NCBI GenBank assembly: GCA_965248925.1
Contig: CBDFLE010000005.1
Location: 1,344,001 to 1,408,000, forward strand
Origin: Candidatus Multivoradales bacterium
GTDB taxonomy: Bacteria > Acidobacteriota > Thermoanaerobaculia > Multivoradales > J023
Reading direction: 5' to 3'
Length of the DNA stretch: 64,000 nt
The notes under the pieces are model-generated. The model searched no databases. It saw nothing but the letters and a program-made list of their open reading frames with translations, and was not told the DNA's origin. Made by a program: the position numbers and the translations under genes. Below, in pieces: positions 59,223 to 64,000 of the stretch. Each line of letters starts with the position of its first letter. Within the stretch, counting starts at the first letter, position 1.

Positions 59223-59330
59223 AAGAGGGCGCACGCCGTGCGCCCCTACGAAGACAAGATACCAATATTCTAGCCTCCGCGGAATTGCCGGCGTACATCG
59301 AAGAGGGCGCGCGCCGTGCGCCCCTACGAA
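59223..59330. repeat. Two direct copies of a GTAG-family REP palindrome
   Basis: AAGAGGGCGC(A/G)CGCCGTGCGCCCCTACGAA at 59223-59252 and 59301-59330; the reverse complement begins GTAG-GGGCGCAC. Confidence 0.8.
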
Positions 59331-59345
59331 TACAGATCCTACCGT

Positions 59346-60422
59346 CTACCCCTCCGTCGGCAATGCCAACCCGGCGATCGTCCCTCTCGCCACCGCTAAC
59401 TCGGCGACCAAGATCGATCCACCGGCGGCACCGCGCAGGGTGTTGTGCGACAGGGCGACAAACTTGTAGTCGAACAACGGACAAGGCCGCAACCGGCCGA
59501 CCGTCGTCGCCATCCCTCCTCCCCGCCCCCGGTCTAACCGTGGCTGCGGACGGTCGGCGATGTCACAGACTTCGATCGGCTGCGCCGGTGCCGACGGCAG
59601 GCCGAGACGCTGCGGCTCGCCCCGGAAATCATCCAGCGCCTGGGCAACCTCGGTCAACGAAGCCCGGCGGCCGAGGCGTACCGAAACACACTCGGTGTGG
59701 CCATCGATCACCGGCACGCGGGTACATTGGGCGCTGATCTCGATCTCTGCCGGCGCTATCCGGCCTTCAACTAGCTGGCCGAGGATCTTCTGAGTCTCGG
59801 TCTCCAATTTTTCTTCCTCGCCACCGATGTACGGCACCACGTTGTCGAGGATCGCCATGCTCGGAACTCCGGGTAGACCGGCTCCAGAAAGTGCCTGCAA
59901 GGTGACAACGTGCAACTGACGCAAACCAAAAGCGTCGGCGAGAGGTTTCAGCGCCAATACCAGGCCGATGGTCGAGCAATTCGGGTTGGTGATCAGAGCA
60001 CCGTCGCCGAAACTCTGCTCTGCCACCAGATCAAGATGCTCGGGATTGACCTCCGGCACCATCAGCGGCACATCTGCGTCCATCCGATGGCTCTTGGCAT
60101 TCGACACCACCACATGGCCGGCGCGGGCGAACTCTGCTTCGACCTGGTCTGCGACGCTGGAATCGAGAGCCGAGAACAGCAGGCGCGGCGCCATCGGCAG
60201 AGCGGTCGGCTGCACCGTCATTGCCGCGATGCGTGCATCAAGCGCTCCTTCTTGCGCCCAACGGACGGCTTCACCATAGGCTCGGCCGGAGGAGCGGGGC
60301 GACGCGGTCAGCAGGGCGAGTTCGAACCACGGATGGGCGGCCAGCAGCTGGACAAACCGCTGTCCAACACTGCCAGTCGCACCCAGAACACCGACCGGGA
60401 TCTTCTTTCTCAGTGGACCCAT
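59346..60422 (-). CDS. asd: Aspartate-semialdehyde dehydrogenase (archaeal/fungal-like type)
   Basis: [40 protein letters not shown]. Confidence 0.93.
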   Translation of the reverse strand: MGPLRKKIPVGVLGATGSVGQRFVQLLAAHPWFELALLTASPRSSGRAYGEAVRWAQEGALDARIAAMTVQPTALPMAPRLLFSALDSSVADQVEAEFARAGHVVVSNAKSHRMDADVPLMVPEVNPEHLDLVAEQSFGDGALITNPNCSTIGLVLALKPLADAFGLRQLHVVTLQALSGAGLPGVPSMAILDNVVPYIGGEEEKLETETQKILGQLVEGRIAPAEIEISAQCTRVPVIDGHTECVSVRLGRRASLTEVAQALDDFRGEPQRLGLPSAPAQPIEVCDIADRPQPRLDRGRGGGMATTVGRLRPCPLFDYKFVALSHNTLRGAAGGSILVAELAVARGTIAGLALPTEG

Positions 60423-60424
60423 TA

Positions 60425-62887
60425 TCACCAAACTCCTGCGGCCAGCGCCGCCGCTTTCAACAAATCAGCAAAGACTCCGGCGGCGGTTACCTCCGGACCG
60501 GCCCCCGGACCCCTGACCACTAACGGCGAGTCACGGTAGCGGGTGGTGGTGAACGCCACCAGGTTGTCCGCCCCTTCGATCCCAAAGGCGGGATGCTCGG
60601 CCGCCACTGCTTGCAGGGCAACCCGCGCGCCATGCGGGTCCAACGACGCTACATAGCGTAGACGCTGGCCTTGAGCAGCGGCCTCGGCGCGGCGCTCGGC
60701 AAATCCTTGGTCGAGTTCTGGCAACCGCTGCCAGAAACTATCGAGATCGAGCCCGCTCCACGGCTCTGCCGGCACCAGGGGTTCGACTTGGACCTCTTCC
60801 GGCTCGATCGAACGACCGGCCGAACGTGCCAGAATCGTCAGCTTGCGGCCGACATCAGCACCTCCAAGATCGTCCCAAGGATGAGGCTCGGTTAGCCCAT
60901 CATCATAGGCGCGTCGCACTGCTTTGCTAAACGGCAGGCCGCCGTCGAGCCAATCGAGCACGGCGTTGAGAGTGCCCGAAAGGAGACCCTCGATACGCTC
61001 CAGCCGATCGCCGGTGCGACGCAAGTCGGCAAGGGTCGAAAGGACCGGTAGACCCGCGCCGACTGTCGCTTCGTGCAACAGGACAGCACCGCTGCCGGCT
61101 GCTGCCTGGAGCAACTCCCGATAACTGGCCTCCGGACCGGCGAAGGGCCGCTTGTTGGCCGCCACCACCGCCACCCCGGCGGCCAGCAAACGCGGGTAGG
61201 AGGAGGCAGTGGACTCGCTGGCCGTACAGTCGATCCACACCCGAGCGGCCGCCGAACCGCGGTCGAGGAAGAAATCCTCGAGTCGCCGCGGCTCACGCTT
61301 GCCACCACCGGCAAGGGCTTGCCGCCAACGCTCGAGATCAATCCCGGCGCCATCTTCGACTTGCCGCTGGCTCGCTCCCAGAGCCACCAAGCGCAGTTCA
61401 AGGCCCGCCTCCGCGGCCAACCGGGGGGCTGCCTGCCGCAACTGTTCGAGTAGCGCGCTACCGACCCGACCGGTACCGAGCAAGGCGATCTCCACCCGTT
61501 GCGGAACGACGCCGAAGAAACCCTCGTGCAATGCACACAATGCCCGATGCTGGTCCGCGGCATCGATCACCAGCGAAATATTGAGTTCTGAAGAGCCCTG
61601 AGCGATCGCCCGCACGTTGATCTGCTGCCGGCTGAGCAAACCGAACAGACGCGCCGCCACCCCACTGCGCTCGCGCATCGCCTCGCCGACCACCGCAATT
61701 ACCGACAGCGGTTGCTCGACCAGCAGAGGCTCGACCAGGTCAGCTTGCAGTTCGAGAGCAAATTCCTCGCTAATCGCCGAGCACGCCGCGGCGACTTCGG
61801 CCGGCTCCACCGCCAGGCTGATCGAATGCTCGGAGGAGCCTTGGGTGATCAAGATTACCGACACCTCGCAGCGAGCCAGAGCGCCGAACAAGCGCATCGC
61901 AACTCCCGGCACGCCGACCATGCCGTCACCCTCGAGGCGCAACAAGGCCACTTGTGGGATCGATGAGATACCGCGCACTAGATAGTCAGACGGCGCCGAT
62001 TCTTCGGTCACCAGCGTACCGGTCGCCGCCGGTCGCAGAGTGTTCTTGATCCACAGCGGAATAGCTCCGCGGCGGGCCGGGTGAATGCTCGGTGGATAAA
62101 CTATCTTGGCACCAAAATGCGACAACTCCATCAACTCGGCATAGCTCAACCGCGGCAGCACTCGGACACCCTCGACCTGGCGCGGATCGGCACTCAGCAC
62201 CCCGTCGACATCGGTCCACAATTCTATCGCTTCCGCATCAACGGCAGCGCCGAGTAATGCTGCGGTGTAATCCGAACCGCCCCGGCCGAGGGTGGTGGTC
62301 TGCCCCTCCGAGGTCGCGGCAACAAAGCCAGTTACCACCGCCAAGCGCTCCGGGTCGGCAAGAGCAGCTCGGCAACGGCGATAGGTTTCCCTGACCTCCA
62401 CCCGAGCACGGCCAAAGACAGCATCAGTGACGATTAATTGCCGCGCGTCAACCGCCGTTGCCGGCAGTCCTGCAGCTCGCATCGCGGCCGCTACCGCCAT
62501 CGCCGACAGCCGCTCGCCATAAGACACGATGCGGTCACCAGCCCGATCGCTGAGTTCGCGCAACAGGAAGACACCCCGAAGCAAGTCGTTCAGCTCGTCG
62601 ATCTCTGCCAGCAACAGCTGGCGCACGGCAGCAGCTTCGGTAACCGGCGCCAGCTCGGCCAGCGCCAAGCGATGGCGCTCAGCGAGATTGTCGAGGGAAT
62701 CGCGGTAGGCGTCGTCGTGGGCCGCGGCCAACTCAGCAGCTTGCAGCAACGAGTTGGTCACCCCGCCAAATGCCGACACCACCACCGCTAGGCGACCGCG
62801 CGAGTGCGCCTTGGCGACGATCTCCACTACACCGCGAATCCGTTCTGGAGTGGACAGAGAGCTGCCACCGAACTTGAGCACCTTCAT
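60425..62887 (-). CDS. thrA: Bifunctional aspartokinase/homoserine dehydrogenase
   Basis: MKVLKFGGSS, LGRGGSDYTA, two ACT domains (QGSSE), EATVGAGLP, GPGAGPEVTAAGV. Confidence 0.93.
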   Translation of the reverse strand: MKVLKFGGSSLSTPERIRGVVEIVAKAHSRGRLAVVVSAFGGVTNSLLQAAELAAAHDDAYRDSLDNLAERHRLALAELAPVTEAAAVRQLLLAEIDELNDLLRGVFLLRELSDRAGDRIVSYGERLSAMAVAAAMRAAGLPATAVDARQLIVTDAVFGRARVEVRETYRRCRAALADPERLAVVTGFVAATSEGQTTTLGRGGSDYTAALLGAAVDAEAIELWTDVDGVLSADPRQVEGVRVLPRLSYAELMELSHFGAKIVYPPSIHPARRGAIPLWIKNTLRPAATGTLVTEESAPSDYLVRGISSIPQVALLRLEGDGMVGVPGVAMRLFGALARCEVSVILITQGSSEHSISLAVEPAEVAAACSAISEEFALELQADLVEPLLVEQPLSVIAVVGEAMRERSGVAARLFGLLSRQQINVRAIAQGSSELNISLVIDAADQHRALCALHEGFFGVVPQRVEIALLGTGRVGSALLEQLRQAAPRLAAEAGLELRLVALGASQRQVEDGAGIDLERWRQALAGGGKREPRRLEDFFLDRGSAAARVWIDCTASESTASSYPRLLAAGVAVVAANKRPFAGPEASYRELLQAAAGSGAVLLHEATVGAGLPVLSTLADLRRTGDRLERIEGLLSGTLNAVLDWLDGGLPFSKAVRRAYDDGLTEPHPWDDLGGADVGRKLTILARSAGRSIEPEEVQVEPLVPAEPWSGLDLDSFWQRLPELDQGFAERRAEAAAQGQRLRYVASLDPHGARVALQAVAAEHPAFGIEGADNLVAFTTTRYRDSPLVVRGPGAGPEVTAAGVFADLLKAAALAAGVW

Positions 62888-63008
62888 CTAGGTAATCCCC
62901 GGGAATCCGCGCCGTCGGGCGCGGCCCTCGATCTTCGAGGCTCAGTAGTCTAAGGCCAAATAGAGGTTCAGACCTAGAGCATAGGAGTCTCCGTATACTC
63001 TCTGTACG

Positions 63009-63929
63009 ATGGCAAATTCGAAACGCCGACCCGACGGGCCGCCCCCCGAGAGCCCGAAAATCGCACCAGCTGAGCTGCAGGAACTACTTGCTGAATTGCG
63101 CCAGCAAGCCGCTGCTTACCCGCCGCAAGAGATGTGGGACAGCCTCGAACCACGGCGCTGGCCAGCCTTTTTCCGCTTGCTCGATATCGCCGCCGATCTG
63201 CCGCGACTGGCTGAACAAGGAGTGCTCCAACGGTTGCCCGCAGTGCTGTGGCCCGAACTCACCAAAGTCAGCGACGACCTTATTGCCCTCCAGCGCTGGG
63301 TCGACCTGCCGGTGGTGCCCGCGCAATCGATCGAACTCAGGACCGCCGCTAGTCCCGCTCAGGCTGCCGCCGAATTGGTCGATTTGCACCTGACCAACAT
63401 CGACTTCCTATTCGCGGCCGAACAGCGAGCCGAGATCGAGCGTCAGGTTGCCGGATTGGCCGCCCAGCGTGGCGGCAGTTGGGGCGAATTGGATCGAACA
63501 AGCGCCCCTCAGCTTTGGGACTGCTTCGCGGCGGCTCTGGGTAGCGATATCTTTCGTCAACTGACCGGCTTTGACCTCGCCCGCGGCGAGTTCTCGATCA
63601 CTCTCTCGCTACAGGACTTGCAGCCCGCCGGGATCGGTTGGCATCGCGATCTTTACTGGCCGCGAGAGTGGGTGGGTCGTGATGTCTTCGCCCTGTTCTA
63701 CGCCCTCGGCGCCGACCGGCCGGAAAAGGGCGGCGCCTTCGTTCACTACGTGCCCTGGCGGAATCAGATCTTCCACTTCTACCGCCAACGTCACCAAGCC
63801 ACCGTGCTGTGGAACTCCCGCCACCGCCGCGGCCGGCTGCTGCATGCGGTCAGTGGCTACCGCGGCGCGGACACTTCACGCCACTTGATCATCGTTCAGT
63901 GTCTGCGCCAGGACCGCTCGCGAGCGTAG
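63009..63929 (+). CDS. Putative 2OG-Fe(II) dioxygenase-fold protein
   Basis: GWHRD (HxD), KGGAF, LLHAVS...SRH (distal His and Arg). Confidence 0.6.
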   Translation: MANSKRRPDGPPPESPKIAPAELQELLAELRQQAAAYPPQEMWDSLEPRRWPAFFRLLDIAADLPRLAEQGVLQRLPAVLWPELTKVSDDLIALQRWVDLPVVPAQSIELRTAASPAQAAAELVDLHLTNIDFLFAAEQRAEIERQVAGLAAQRGGSWGELDRTSAPQLWDCFAAALGSDIFRQLTGFDLARGEFSITLSLQDLQPAGIGWHRDLYWPREWVGRDVFALFYALGADRPEKGGAFVHYVPWRNQIFHFYRQRHQATVLWNSRHRRGRLLHAVSGYRGADTSRHLIIVQCLRQDRSRA

Positions 63930-64000
63930 CTAGCAGCGGCGGCTACCGGCGCTGCTCAGGAGTTGTTGAGGAACAGATAACTCATGTCCACTGCCGAGCC

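Noticed and set aside
59223-59330. Mini-CRISPR (two 30-bp repeats with a 48-bp spacer)
   Set aside because: The repeat is a GTAG-type REP palindrome also found inverted at 31937-32013; only two copies and no cas genes.
63930-64000. 3' end of a minus-strand gene at the right edge
   Set aside because: Only about 14-23 codons are visible and the frame is ambiguous.

Overview
GC-rich bacterial chromosomal segment, probably Acidobacteriota (inferred from the ADOP-type permease + PadR pair). Left to right: (1) a lower-GC island with a coupled ParB/Srx-like - Mrr-like nuclease - DNA methyltransferase triad; the MTase is absent from the ORF track and runs off the left edge. (2) PadR + a frameshifted ADOP permease. 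(3) A tightly coupled 8-gene operon (16264->6391): isochorismate synthase with an in-frame TAG, YceI, polyprenyl synthase, a degenerate CcoN-like heme-copper oxidase subunit that keeps the heme His ligands but lacks canonical CuB motifs, a small membrane protein, an MFS-like-CcoO-cytochrome c fusion, an MBL hydrolase and an MMPL exporter. This is my best candidate for an undescribed system. (4) Lhr helicase and a rhomboid-like protein. (5) A 1465-aa polymorphic toxin (helical repeats, LysM, PT-TG) with a Pol-beta-type nucleotidyltransferase tip, plus an immunity gene. (6) FKBP, a riboswitch-controlled btuBFCD operon, a BNR propeller protein with Cys-rich repeats, and DUF4198. (7) hflX with an apparent AUU start, SRAP, a REC-Ser/Thr kinase and a hybrid HK. 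(8) An orphan MurL-like gene + DUF5996. (9) An ergothioneine ABC importer + egtB/egtD, a PGDYG protein and a mosaic palindromic repeat. (10) meaB/mutB/mutA, REPs, asd, thrA and a 2OG-Fe(II) oxygenase. All calls come from reading motifs by eye; no database search was run.
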